The translations under genes were made by a program, and so were the position numbers. Of a stretch of DNA of 64,000 nt, positions 49,311-61,906 are shown piece after piece. The notes beneath the pieces were generated by a model that saw nothing but the letters and a program-made list of their open reading frames with translations, ran no database searches and was not told the origin of the DNA. The stretch is from Entomortierella parvispora E1425 (lineage: Eukaryota > Fungi > Mortierellomycota), in the NCBI GenBank assembly GCA_020891255.1, contig BQFW01000003.1:1054001-1118000 (forward strand), given 5' to 3'. Numbering within the stretch: the stretch's first letter is position 1; each line of letters starts with the position of its first letter.

Positions 49311-51530
49311 ATGCCATTGACGTCGATTCCTCCTTCTGAAAACACTCGCTCGACTCTTTCGGCCCCGCCGACCACCCTTTCTTTACCGTCTATTTACGAC
49401 TGCCCTTGTCCCCGATCGACATCGGCAGCTTCCCAGCCCCCCACCCCCACGACTCCCACTATTTTTCCCCCAACGACTTGCACAACCTCTGATACATCCA
49501 CGACTGATATCCCCACAGCTTTTTCTTTGATTGCATCAACAACAAACGAGACTCAATCAACCCTCCCAAAAGCCACCACCACCTCACCAACAACAACTAC
49601 CGCTGCCATCCATTCAAGACCAGGATGTGGCCATCTCATTCCCGAAGAATGTCTCGAACGGATCTTTGAATACCTTGCCAAGGACCTCTCGAGCTTGCAC
49701 TCGCTGCTCCTTGTCTCGAAAGCGTTTTTCAGGATTGCCATGCCCTTGCTCTACGCCTGCCCCTTTGACCTCCTCGAATCCGATTTTAAACTCAAGGACA
49801 CGACCAAAAGACATGCCGAGCTCCTTTACTTGCTTTTGAATTGCAACAGCCGATCCCTTTCAGCGACAACTTCAGCATCCCCTATAACAAGAACATCATC
49901 AACACCATCCTCGACTTTATCATCGGCATTCAATTCCGTTACCGATGTTCAGGAGGAACCGGAGCCTGATCATGAAGAAGGTGAACCAGGAGAAAGTGAA
50001 TTGTCGTTTTGGGAACGTCTACCTCCTGTTTGCGAGAGGTTTGAGGCCGAGCATCAAGAGCTGAAAAGTCCTTTGGTGGACTACCTGGCAGCTTACAACC
50101 ATCACTTCTTGTGCATGAATCTCTCCAGTACCTTCCGCATCTTGTTTCCCAACATTCAGAGGTTTTCACCCCGTGTGCCTTTATCTTGTTCGCCTCCAGA
50201 ATCGGATCTGGAGGAGGGTGCCAAACCCTCCACAGCCCCGACGACTGGCGCTGGTGGGGGCACGACCGTGACCACGTTCACGCGAAACGCGATTGAGCGA
50301 TCTTTTCTGCTTCATCGCCCAGACTTGGTCCGAACCATCTCTTTACCGATCCAACGTCTCCGGGCCTTTCTTTCGGTGGGTTCCAAGCTTTCGCGCCTCA
50401 CCCGGTTCGAGCTCTATGGCGTGACCTGGTATTTTGATCTGGACGAGACTATCAAGTTCTTGACCCAACATGGTCAGGAATTCGGCACGATCCAGGAGCT
50501 CAAAATGACAGGTCCAGCTGATGTACGACAGTTACAAAAGCCTAGCCTGGTGCCTATCCTTCGAACGCTCAAAAGGCCGCGCTTGATCGATCTCTCCCGA
50601 TACAAGGAGGCGACCAAGGACTTGAACAACTTTGAGATTGAGGATTTGTCACGACTCGAGACTCTGTTGTTTGACCTCAGTTATGTGCCGTTGCCGGATC
50701 AATTGCCGGCCCCCGCACCTCCTCCTTCTCCACCTCCTCAGGAATCCGTGTCATGGACGCGTCACAACGAAGAAGAGGCTGAAAAGGACTCGTCGTCTTT
50801 GGCCATGGTCCGCCGATGCACCCGCTTGACCCATCTCCAGATCGGGGTTCAGTCTGCAGACGCGTTCTCCTGGGCCGTGAATTGGTCCCAGCGCCATCGG
50901 CCCCTGATGCCTCTCAAGACGTTGAACCTCTCGTCCAACAAGACCCCGATTCTCAAGACGGCGCTTGAGGATGCCGTCCTGGCCTTTCAGCACACTCTTG
51001 AGAGTATCAGGGCTGTGGCCAACAAATTGAACGCGGTCATGGAACCCTCGACCTTACCGCCTTCCCTTGGCTGGTCCTGGACTTTACCTCGCCTCAAGAG
51101 TCTCTGGATCCGGGGCGAGATTGCCGCCTGGTTCGAATTCGAGTCACTTCGGTACTGTCCCATGTTGACAGAGCTCAACTTGACCTTGCATCCCTACACG
51201 CCTCCTAAATCGGACCATTTGAACGGCATCACTCTTGCCCCGAACTTGACGTCTCTAGCCTTGGTCGGTCGGTGGACCTTGTCGGATGATGTGATGACGC
51301 GATTGAGTCAGGGATTGCCAAAGCTCACGCGTATCTGCCTAGATAATTGTCAGACCGACGCGTTGACGACAGATGTACTCTGCACAGCGTTGCAGGGTAT
51401 GGCTCTCCTGGAAGAAGTCGAGATTGATCTGGACAATGATTTGCACGACGCTGCCAAGAGGGCTATGATGAAATCGCATCCTGATGTGAATTTCATGCAG
51501 TGGAACTCGCTACTAAACGCCCAGATGTGA
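49311..51530 (+). CDS. F-box-like / RNI-type LRR protein (single exon)
   Basis: Thr/Pro-rich N-terminus, F-box-like LIPEECLERIFEYL..LHSLLLVSKAFFRIAMPLLYACPF, and C-terminal LRRs (LPRLKSLWI, LTELNL, LPKLTRICLDNC). Confidence 0.75.
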   Translation: MPLTSIPPSENTRSTLSAPPTTLSLPSIYDCPCPRSTSAASQPPTPTTPTIFPPTTCTTSDTSTTDIPTAFSLIASTTNETQSTLPKATTTSPTTTTAAIHSRPGCGHLIPEECLERIFEYLAKDLSSLHSLLLVSKAFFRIAMPLLYACPFDLLESDFKLKDTTKRHAELLYLLLNCNSRSLSATTSASPITRTSSTPSSTLSSAFNSVTDVQEEPEPDHEEGEPGESELSFWERLPPVCERFEAEHQELKSPLVDYLAAYNHHFLCMNLSSTFRILFPNIQRFSPRVPLSCSPPESDLEEGAKPSTAPTTGAGGGTTVTTFTRNAIERSFLLHRPDLVRTISLPIQRLRAFLSVGSKLSRLTRFELYGVTWYFDLDETIKFLTQHGQEFGTIQELKMTGPADVRQLQKPSLVPILRTLKRPRLIDLSRYKEATKDLNNFEIEDLSRLETLLFDLSYVPLPDQLPAPAPPPSPPPQESVSWTRHNEEEAEKDSSSLAMVRRCTRLTHLQIGVQSADAFSWAVNWSQRHRPLMPLKTLNLSSNKTPILKTALEDAVLAFQHTLESIRAVANKLNAVMEPSTLPPSLGWSWTLPRLKSLWIRGEIAAWFEFESLRYCPMLTELNLTLHPYTPPKSDHLNGITLAPNLTSLALVGRWTLSDDVMTRLSQGLPKLTRICLDNCQTDALTTDVLCTALQGMALLEEVEIDLDNDLHDAAKRAMMKSHPDVNFMQWNSLLNAQM

Positions 51531-51678
51531 TGTGCGCAAGGATATCATTTCCATACTTTCATTTTTTTTTGTTACTCGTGGTCATTCATACCTTCTTTTC
51601 GATACCTTTACAGCACATCAATAAAATAAGAATATTATCATTATTTATTGAGTCCATGTTTAGTCAAGAGCACAACAT

Positions 51679-53871
51679 CTACTTGCGACCCTTGGCCGGT
51701 GCTTTACCCTTGGCCTTGGCCTTCTTTTGCTTAATGTTCTTGTCTTTCTCAATGCTTTCTTCCTCCTCCTTTTCTGCAGACTCGTCCACTTCATCCGGTA
51801 CTGGTGCATCCGCCTCGACAACTTCCAAGTTATCAGGTGTCTCCTCTGCTCCGCCTCCACCAGAGCCTCGGGAAACTTTAGGTCCCGCCGTGGCTTTCAA
51901 GAACGGTTGAGGGTGAGCATTCTTGTTGTACATCCGCGTGAAAGCAGACTTGGTGGCGGTAGGAATGTTATCCAGCACCTTTTGTCCGTCATTGCGTCCA
52001 ATACCCAATTCCAAAATTGTATCCCAATCCTCTTTGCTGAGGTAGTAGCTGTCCATGAACTCGATCAATGGCTCGACCGCATCCACGCCTTGCTTCAACA
52101 AGGGCTGTGTCAAAGCAGGGAAGAGAGCAGGCAGATAACTTTGCCGGACCTCGTTCTTGTCTCCAGAGATCTTGAGTCGCATCCGGATCTGAATCTCCTT
52201 CACCAAACGGTTGTATTTGCTGGCCTTGGAGAATTGACCAAGATAGCTGGGGAACTGCATCATGGGTCCAAAATTGCCACCGGATCCAGGACGCATGCCA
52301 CCGTGCACAAAGGAAGCAGGTCGTACACAAGAGAAGGCGGCATGGACAGGCATCAAAGACCATTGTTGTGCACTCCTATTAATTCATAAAAATCGAAAGA
52401 ATGCACCCTAGTTAGCACCTCAATGTTGTTTTGACGAGGAGAAATATTTCAAACCAAAATGAACTTACCCGTGAATCATGGTATCCACAAGGTCGGCATC
52501 CGAAAGGGAATCTGCGGCCTTACTCATCAGCTCGATGGAATCCAGCTCCGAGTTAGGTCCACGAGCATCCGTAGGGTTCATACGAACATAGTTCTCCTGG
52601 ATCATCAGGGGTGCCAGTTGATAGTCATTAAAGTACGCATCAAACTTGTCACCCAAGCTGAGAGCTCTGTAGTTTGACTCGACTAGCAATTGCTCGGCAA
52701 TCTGGAATGGATTCATAGCCACATATTTCTCTGATGCCTTGGAAAGAGCCGTTCCCTCGTCATAATCCATGGTGTCTTTGGTTAAACTCCAGGTAGAGAG
52801 CATGTTGAGGACTTGACGGATATCGGACTGGGAGCCGGAAACGAGCTTGTCCAGGACATTTGCTGGGACTTTGCGACCCTCTCGGTGAAGAATTGTAAGA
52901 AGTCGGGAACGAACCTGCGCCACTTGAGGTTTCTGGAACCGCAAATCCACACACGAATTGACGAGTGAGCGCACCTTGGGGGACTGACGATCATTGCAAA
53001 TACAAATGATTGGGACCTGAAGGAAAAGAGGAGCTTGGGGATCAGGATATGGTCTGTGACACTTTCTCGATTTGATCCATTCATGCCAGAATAGTGCTTA
53101 CCTGTGTTTTCTTAATGAAGGCAATCAATTGAGCGACACCGCCACGGTCACCGCCTGCCATACCGTCAACCTCGTCCATAATGATGAGCTGCTTTTTGGC
53201 CATAGTTGGATCAGCATCTGCTGCGGCCGCTTTCTATAAATTGTAAAACTATGTCAGAAATGTGGTCTACATCAGATCGGTAAAACAGGCAGCCATATAT
53301 GAATGAATACATACCCCCTTTCCTACATCCGACTTTTCACCCGTAAAATACCCTCCAAGTGTTTGATTGTTCAAAAGATCGCGAACTTCACTCTAGTAAC
53401 AGTGTCAGCGATACAGTGGGTTAGTGGGCTATATCTCACCATGGTTCCTCAACCCCGCTTGAACTGACCAGCAAAACTTACATCAAGAGACTTCTTGCTA
53501 CGGGTATCACTGGCGTTAAACTCGACAATACTGTAGCCAACGGCTTCTCCCACAAGATGGGCAGCAGATGTTTTTCCTACACCGGGCGATCCTGAAATAA
53601 GGACAGCACGGAAAGTTCCAGTTTTGTCCGCATTCTCCTTCTTGAAGTTCAGCTTATAATTTGCATCCCTAGGGGCATGACGGGGACATTAAATATCAAT
53701 ACTAGTCCAAAATTGAAGTTTTTTCGTCTTTTGCTCAAACCATCATGAAGATGCCTACCAGTTCTCTAGCCACCGCTGAAGCTTTTGAATTGCTGCATTA
53801 TTTCCGCAGAGATCCTTGACAGTCCTAGGTTTGTACTTTGTTGTCCACAGATCGGTTTCCACGGGTCTAAC

Positions 53872-53902
<31 letters not shown>

Positions 53903-55789
53903 TGAGATATTGTAAATTCAAAAGGGAAAGAGGTAGTCGTTTCAGTGTAAAGATATCAATGCATACCCGTTATCAATCACCATGCTTGGAGTTGTTGACT
54001 TTGTGGACGACTTTGAAGGAGCAGAAGCACTCTCCGATTTGACAGGGTGGGTTGCGGTCGTATCTGCCTTCTTTTGGGCAGAGACACTGCTAGAGGCTTT
54101 GGGCTCGTCTTTAACAATAACACCTTCGGGTGTCTTGGCAGGCGATGTTGCAATCAACTCCAAGAATTGATCCTCATCCAGTGTCTTGATCTGTAAAGCC
54201 TTCACCTTTTGAAGTTTGGATTCTCCTGCATCATCTCCGACCACAACATACGATGTCTTTCCACTTGGACTTCCGGTGACTCTCCCGCAATAACGCTTCA
54301 CAAGATCGGCGGCGTCCTCACGAGTGATAGAGCTCAGTTCTCCTGTAAAGACAAAAGTCAAGCCCTACGAATAAAACATGTCATCAGTTAGCTTACCAAG
54401 CAACACAGCCTTCTATGCCTGCGACTCCCTCGGCAAACACAACTTACTGCTAGACAGTTGGCTTTGCCTATTGGGATCTCTTTGCTGCCCAGAGCAGAGG
54501 GTCCGGCCTTGTTCTTGTGGGCCCAATAGCTAATCAAGAAAGGTAACGTTGAGTACAATTGCAATTGCTCATCTCCAAACTTCACGGTGTCCAGTCAATC
54601 TAACATACTTGAATTTGGGCTTAGGCTTCTCTTCCTTTGGCTCGTCCACATCCATTGCATCGTCGTCCAAAGGCTTCTTTTTAACACGCTTGACAGGTAG
54701 GCGCGGCTCTTCTTTTTCCGAATAAGCATCATCCTCGTCGTCCTGCCGAGGTGCCTTTCTCTTTGAAGCCTGCACTTTATATGGTTCTACTGCTTTCTTC
54801 TCAGGAGCTGCCGCCTGTGGCTTTGGCTCTGGTGCCTTTGCTGCTGATTTTGTCGCCCTAGCAGTAGGTTTGGGAATGATCTCAACGTCGCTGTCATCCT
54901 CGAAATAATCTTCGTCGACAGCCTTCTTTGCGCGTTTTGCGGGCACGGAAACCTCCTTGACAGGTTCCTTGACTGGTGAAGCCACGCTCTCCACTCGCTT
55001 GCTATCGTGTGATCGTGCAGTTGCTGCTGGTGCTGCAGCAGGAGGTGGAGTCGAGGACTTTGCCTTTGTCGTTTTGGATGATGCAAAGAATGCCTTGGGG
55101 TCTACGCCTTCCTCTACGATTCGAGGCCTAGAGAAAGATGACATAAAAATTGTGTGAGTGACAGTAAATCACTTACACATCATAATGACGTCCCGTGTGT
55201 TTATCCTACTTGGCTGGTGCAGGTTTGGTACCGCTACTAGAAAAGTGCTTTGATTGACTGAAGTCAAACAAGGTAAGAAAGCGGTTAGTTAGGAGGGTAT
55301 CAATTAAGGAATTGACAGGCCATTAGGTCTTTGGTATTGCACTCACACTTCAACAGCGGGATCATCGTCCTCATCCGAGTCTAGCACGCACAATAAAGAT
55401 ACATAGAGCAGAGTGAGAAAGAAACACTGAGTTGTCACTTCAAGCTTCAAACGAAGGCTGGCATGAACAATTACCTGGGATCACAGTCTTTCGCCTCGTT
55501 CCAGCCTGTTTCTTTTCTGGTGCAGCCTTCGGCTTTGGCTTCTGTGAAATGTGTGTGGTAAACAAAAATCAGCTGGGGTTAAAATTGGTGGCAAAACCGA
55601 ACAACCAACATAAAAAAAGCCTTCTCTTTCATCCATCAAACAGAATCCAAGGTCGCCCTAGTCCAAACTACAAATGTGGTCGAGTAGGACACTGACTCCT
55701 GTTAGAAAAACATGTGTTTGAGACTCTACCTCCTGTGAAGGTGCCGCCGTAGGTGCGTTCTTGGGCTTGAAGAAATTGCGCAAATCCAT
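51679..55789 (-). CDS. RFC1: Replication factor C large subunit
   Basis: MDLRNFF start, GSKEIPIGKANCL, BRCT domain (FVFTGELSSITREDA..GRVTGSPSGKTSYVV), Walker A GSPGVGKT, EFNASDTRSK, IIMDEVDGMAGGDRGG, QLAPLMIQENY, KSAFTRMYNK. Confidence 0.96.
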
Positions 55790-56155
55790 GTATGAATCTC
55801 AACGTGACAAAAAGGAATGCAGCCTGTTTCTCGTATTTGGCACTAGGGCAAAAAAGGGTTGGCAATGGATTCCTGAATTCCGTGTGGTTCAGGCTGAAGT
55901 TGTTGTCCTGATGCCGGTGGTTGATGCACAGAGAGTGTCACAGTGACGATGAATTTGCGAGAAAGGAGGGTTGCTGTTGAAAAGCGCGTTTGAGTGGCGG
56001 TCTCAACAACATTAGTCACGTGCAAAACGGTGCTTCTTCCATTCAGGCAAGCATGCCGGCATGCTTGCATTCCTCGCTTTCTTTCTTCTTTCTTTTTGAA
56101 AGCATACTCACCTTCTATACCCCTTTCATACGGACGTCTTCCTTTCATATAAAGA

Positions 56156-57253
56156 ATGGAATCTACAGATACTGAAACAGTCCTCCGCGCAAAAAAGCGG
56201 ATCCTCATAGCAGCAACAGGGAGTGTTGCTAGCGTCAAGATCCCAATCATCGTCAAGACCCTTATCGAGGTACAACATCATCGGAGATAGTGCATGGAGT
56301 CCAGGGAAGATTGTATCCGCAATTAAAATCTCTAGTGCAAATTACTGACGGATGAATGTCTTTACAGGAGGTGGGCGACTTGGTCGAGGTGAAGGTCGTT
56401 TCTACAGATGCTGCGCTGCATTTCTTCAAGCGAACAGATGTCCTTGCCGAGGTTCTGACGGATCATGACGAATGGGCAGTAAGTAACTCAAAGCAGGGCT
56501 CGACAGAATGTCTCCCATAAAGCTAACTTGGATTGAAAGACATCCTGGATTAACATTCTCTTTACTGCTCTTTACTAGGCTTGGGGGAAGATGTCCGATC
56601 CGGTGATGCACATCGAGGTAGATGTCGGCTCCGTGCAGCATTGTCAAGGGAAATATACCGGATTGCCACTAACGCAGATATCTCATTGTCATGACAGCTT
56701 CGCAATTGGGCCGACATGGTCATTATCTGCCCACTAGATGCAAACACGCTTGCCAAACTGGCTCAGGGTCTTTGCGATAACCTGATTGTAAGTGTTAACA
56801 GTGCAGCCTATATTGAAGGCAACGAAGCGTGGAGTCTTTTGAGTGCATACCACGAATCCTGACTCTTCCTTGTTAAACTCGACATTGTCCACAAACTGTC
56901 TTCAAGACATGCATTCTGCGCGCTTGGGACGAAAAGAAACCTGTGATCGTGTGCCCAGCTATGAATACCAATATGTGGAACCACAAGTTCACCGCCATGC
57001 ACCTCGCCACACTCACCGATGTTCTCCACTATCGAGTTATACCCCCCGTCAGCAAACTTCTTGCCTGCGGCGATCTAGGTAAGAGATATGAAAAAGGTGC
57101 CGCTTCTATAAGTAGGCGACAGCAGATTGATACTGACCCAACCCTACCGGGCTTAACTGTTTTTGATCAGGTGTTGGAGCCATGGCCGAGTACCGTACTA
57201 TTGTCGATGCGATCAAGAGCGAGGTGGACAATATGAGAGTATCAGAGGTTTAG
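56156..57253 (+). CDS. PPCDC: Phosphopantothenoylcysteine decarboxylase (Hal3/Cab3-like flavoprotein)
   Basis: ILIAATGSVASVKIP, TDHDEW, HIELRNWAD..IICPLDANTLAKLAQGLCDNL, PAMNTNMWNH, LACGDLG.GAM. Confidence 0.92.
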
Positions 57254-57391
57254 CTAAAAAGAAATAGAAAAAGTAAACCTATTCAAAATATGACTGCCTT
57301 CCAATCTTTGTAGCAATGGTGGTAGATGCAGCGCGCCTTCTTGCGACTGCTTGTCGTCTTTCATGCACGTTGTCATTGGATCCAGGGAGTA

Positions 57392-58569
57392 TCAAAATAG
57401 TTGTGGGGTAAGTGATCGCGATGACCGATGGGACTTGCAGAAAGGTTCAAGCCCCGAAAGTGATCGTAGGACAGGCCTGGGCTTTTTTGATATTGGGTAG
57501 TCCTCCGTGCGTTTTTTGGGTCTTGGAACGTCATTACCAAGTGAAGGATATTCAGAGGGAAGCAAGAGGAGGGGCGTGGGTAGAAAGAGGGAGACAAAGA
57601 GGCGATGCTGGCGCCGCGGTTGATGCTGAGCGACAAGAGCTTGGAAGACCAAGAAAATTGCACAGCGACTGAGATTTCAACGTCTATCCGGAACAAGTAA
57701 CGTATCTATGGACGAGTACTAGAGGAGAAGCCATCTCATAATTCGTATCATCAATAGACTGTTCATTGACTGCTTCATTGGCAATCACAGATGCGTTCCC
57801 ACCAACAAACTACGAGAGTGGATGAGGGGTCAGCGAGAAGACTGAGTAATTTTATTTGTTCAGAGCGTTCCCCAGACTTTTTTTTGCGTTATAGTTTTTG
57901 TATTTTATGGTCTGGGCAGCTGGTTAAAAAGGCTGCAGCTGGTTGCTACATCACCAAGCCAAGAAACAAGTGCCAGCACCAGTTATCGTTACCCATGGCC
58001 CCGCTACTCTTTTCTTTTGTGGTGCAAGGAGCTCAGTGACAACCGCGAAGGGAGAGGAATGATTGTCGATCAGGAACGGATTTTTTTTTTTTTTTTTTGG
58101 TTCCGCCGAATTTTTTTTTCCCACAGTTCCTGGAAAGGCAAGATGGCCAAGAAGGGAAAGGTGCAGCCCAGTGGGTGTGTTTCCCATGTCCCCCTCTGCT
58201 GCGATCGTTCTATCTTCTGATAGATTGTGCGCAGAACAACAATTGAGAGCGTCCCGGAGTAAACAATGCGTAGCAAAAATATGCAAAAGGGACAGAGGCA
58301 GAGGGGAGGAGGGTGGGGGGGGACAGACAATAATTTCAAGATTATCTCGAGGAGTCGCCCCCATCTTTCTCGTCTACCAAGATCTTTGTTCGAATAAGCC
58401 CCGCAATACTTTGGCGAAACGGTTAGAAAGTAAAGTTGCAGACATACCCCTGCAGCACAATTATCAATTGGTGCCTCTTGCCTCCAATGGCACTTGAGGT
58501 GAACAAGAGGGACGTTACCAGTGCCACCATCGACGACAAAAGAGTTGTGCTTTTGCGGAAAACAGACAT
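57392..58569 (-). CDS. Possible small spliced hypothetical gene; structure unresolved
   Basis: ACAACCATG followed by signal-peptide-like MSVFRKSTTLLSSMVALVTSLLFTSSAIG, a GTATGT donor with a CTAAC branch point, and a coding-like exon FVGGNASVIANEAVNEQSIDDTNY after CTGAC..CGTAG. No family recognised. Confidence 0.25.
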
Positions 58570-59130
58570 GGTTGTCTCAAGCGATGATGGTAGAATATTT
58601 AATGAATAGGGAAAAGTCAATGAGGAGAAACCGATAGGGCGAGAGAAGAGACACAGGTGCTCACAAGGGGTGGGCCATTGTGGGATGAGAAAGACGAGTC
58701 CAGCAACATCCATGCAGTCGCACAGATCGATATAGAACAAAGAGAACGAGGAAAGTGAATGGGAACAGTTTTCCCACCAGCAGAGACAAGAAAGAGAGGA
58801 GTGAGGAGTGAGGAACTGAACAAAACGGTGACCACGGACACAGACACTTGGGTGAAGTGAACGTAAATAAATTGAACTTCGGTCCGGGGTATCTTTGGGC
58901 AGAGACACAAAAGGAGCGGGTGCGGGGAAGGCAAAGAAAGGGAAAACGAAAGGCCAAAGAAAACTGGGGTAGGGGGTCGACCCCGCCCAACGTATAAAGA
59001 CGGGCCATTCCCACAGCGCACCCATGTACGCTTCCTTTCTCTCTCTTCTTTCTTTTCTTATTTCCTCTCCTGCCTTCCAGCTCCCACTCTCTCTTTCTCC
59101 CATCACCACACACACACGCACTAATACATC

Positions 59131-61675
59131 ATGCTTGCCGCCAAGATCAACGGTATGTGGAGGACGCATTCATCCGACTCGCTATTCGTCCAAGTCCGTC
59201 ACTTGACTACGACGTGGTGTACGTTGTTTGCTCAGACTGTCTGTTCTAACATTGCTTGGCCCTCTTTTGACCTTCTCAATAACTAGGAGGAACTGTCGTC
59301 GAGATGCAGGTAATGAGTCGCAGTCAGGATGGAGAATAAAACTGTGCATGACTTTGTCGTGGATGGATGACGTGTTGAAAACTGACCTTGAATGACCAAC
59401 TTTTATTTTTTTACATTCCCATGCAGGGCGATGAAATGACCCGCATCATTTGGGATGGCATTCGTGAGAAGGTAAGAGTGCTACTCAAAAGCTTGTATGA
59501 TCGGGAAGGGATTGGGCTCGGAGGCGACTCTGAGAGGTGCAGCTTTGAAGCATCGCTGTCCTCATGAAAAGACTGGAAACAGCCATTAGTATCTGCTGCC
59601 CAATTCGCTTCGGTGTCCCTTTCGTTCATTTTTCCCATCAGTTCTAGAAGCAATTGTTTCTGACAGCATCCTTTTTTTTTTTGCATTTTCTAGTTGATTC
59701 TTCCCTATGTCGACCTTGACATCAAGTACTTTGACCTCGGCATGGAGTACCGTGATCAGACCAACGATCAAGGTATGATTGAGCTCAGAAGCAGGCGCGG
59801 AAAATGTGTCCGTAGTTGTGCATGAATTGGGTGTGGGGGTGCTCGAAAGGCCTGGATAAAATGCAGTGCCGGTGGCGGATCTGTGTATCTTCATGGTCAT
59901 CTGTTTCTTTGTGCTATATCGTCCCACATGTCAAAGACCCATGTTCGTCAGTCGCTATCGCGAAATATGAGCAGATGGACCATCATTGCAAAGGAGTGCG
60001 ATCGATCGACGGGCAAGTTCCTCCTCCTTCCCAAGCTGAACCCAGTTTTTTTCTACACTATCTGATGGTTTTCGGCTGGGGCTGTGGTACCGTGCTGCCG
60101 TACCTGTGTACCTCCGATTACAAATGCGAGGGACAGATCGGCAGATGGTACTGGTGGGTTTTTGGGTGCATTTCAGTAATTTTTTATAAAAAGAACGTTG
60201 TGACGAGCAACGTTCGTAGTGGCCCTGATGGGAATCGCGCCATCCGTCGAGATATTTTATTTTTCTGTACTCGCTCACATCCTCGCACGGGGAGTGGACA
60301 AGGGCGATTATTTATGAGCCCTCTTTTTTCTCTCTTTTGGATGCAAAAGAACATCCCAGCAAGAAGAGAAAGTTTCCGACTAACGCGCTCTCTTCTCCGT
60401 GTTGTTCAATTCCTACCATGCAGTCACGATCGATGCCGCCGAGGCTATCAAGAAGTACAAGGTCGGCATCAAGTGCGCCACCATCACCCCCGATGAGGCC
60501 CGTGTCGAGGAGTTCAAGTTGAAGCAGATGTGGAAGTCCCCCAACGTATGTCTTCTTTTCTCTGGCCGTCTGATCTCTGCTTTTCATTTCTTCAATTGAT
60601 CGCTGTTGCTGACAATGCTTCTACTTGCTGGTTCATCGTTTTACAGGGTACCATCCGTAACATCTTGGGCGGTACCGTTTTCCGTGAGCCCATCCTCTGC
60701 AAGAACATCCCCAAGCTCGTCCCTGGCTGGACCGAGCCCATCATTTTGGGACGTCACGCTTTCGGTGATCAGTACAAGGCTACCGACTTGGTCGTTGACG
60801 GCCCCGGTCGCTTGGAGCTTGTCTTCACCCCTAAGGATGGATCTGAGAAGAAGACCTACGTTGTCTACGACTTTGAGGGAGCCGGTGTTGCCATGGGCAT
60901 GTACAACCACGACGAGGTATGCCTTGTTATATAGGGTCTTGGCAAATCTCAAAAAGTACCTCTGTCCAGATTACTAACTGCCATATTTTCCGTCTGCGAT
61001 CTGTAGTCCATCATTGGCTTTGCTCACTCTTGCTTCAAGGTTGCCTTGGATAAGAACTACCCTCTCTACATGTCGACCAAGAACACCATCTTGAAGAAGT
61101 ACGACGGACGCTTCAAGGATATCTTCCAGGAGATCTATGAGCGCGACTACAAGGAGCAATTCGAGGCCAAGAAGATCTGGTACGAGCACCGTTTGATCGA
61201 CGACATGGTCGCTCAAATGCTCAAGTCTTCAGGAGGTTTCGTCTGGGCCTGCAAGAACTATGATGGTGATGTCCAGTCCGATATTGTTGCCCAGGGCTAC
61301 GGTTCCTTGGGTCTCATGACCTCCGTCCTCTTGACCCCCGATGGTGAGTGCTGCGAGGCTGAGGCTGCCCACGGTACCGTTACCCGTCACTACCGTGAGC
61401 ACCAGAAGGGTCGCGAGACCTCGACCAACCCCATTGCCTCCATCTTTGCCTGGACCCGTGGTTTGGAGTTCCGTGCCAAGATTGACAAGAACGAGCCCCT
61501 TCGCGAGTTTGCTGCCAAGTTGGAGCAGGTCTGCATTGAGACTATCGAGGCTGGTGACATGACCAAGGATTTGGCCTTGATCATCCACGGCAAGGCCATG
61601 GAGCGCAAGCACTACCTCAACACCTTCGAGTTCTTGGATCGCTTGGCCGAGAACTTGGAGAAGAAGTTGGCTTAA
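59131..61675 (+). CDS. IDP: NADP-dependent isocitrate dehydrogenase without a mitochondrial presequence
   Basis: [94 protein letters not shown]. Confidence 0.97.
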
Positions 61676-61906
61676 AAGCTTGCTTCACAACACCACCCTC
61701 ATGTATATTTTTCATTCAATAAATACCAAAAGAAAACAAAACATCAAGAGTTATGGTAGAGGAATATATATGTAATGGTAGGTCTTTTGTACAATCTATG
61801 GCTGTGCATGATGGATTAGTGATAAAGTCAAAGTATGAATGCTACTGGAGGAAGCCTTTTCCTTGATGTGGCACAGTGTTGACATGGTAAGGTAAGGGTG
61901 GGTATT

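Noticed and set aside
59816-60496. 226-aa ORF in the IDH intron
   Set aside because: Non-ATG start, no motifs, and it runs out of frame into the IDH exon.
61673-61760. Stop-codon read-through to a peroxisomal signal on IDH
   Set aside because: The stop is TAA without a CTA context, and the extension does not end in a PTS1 tripeptide.
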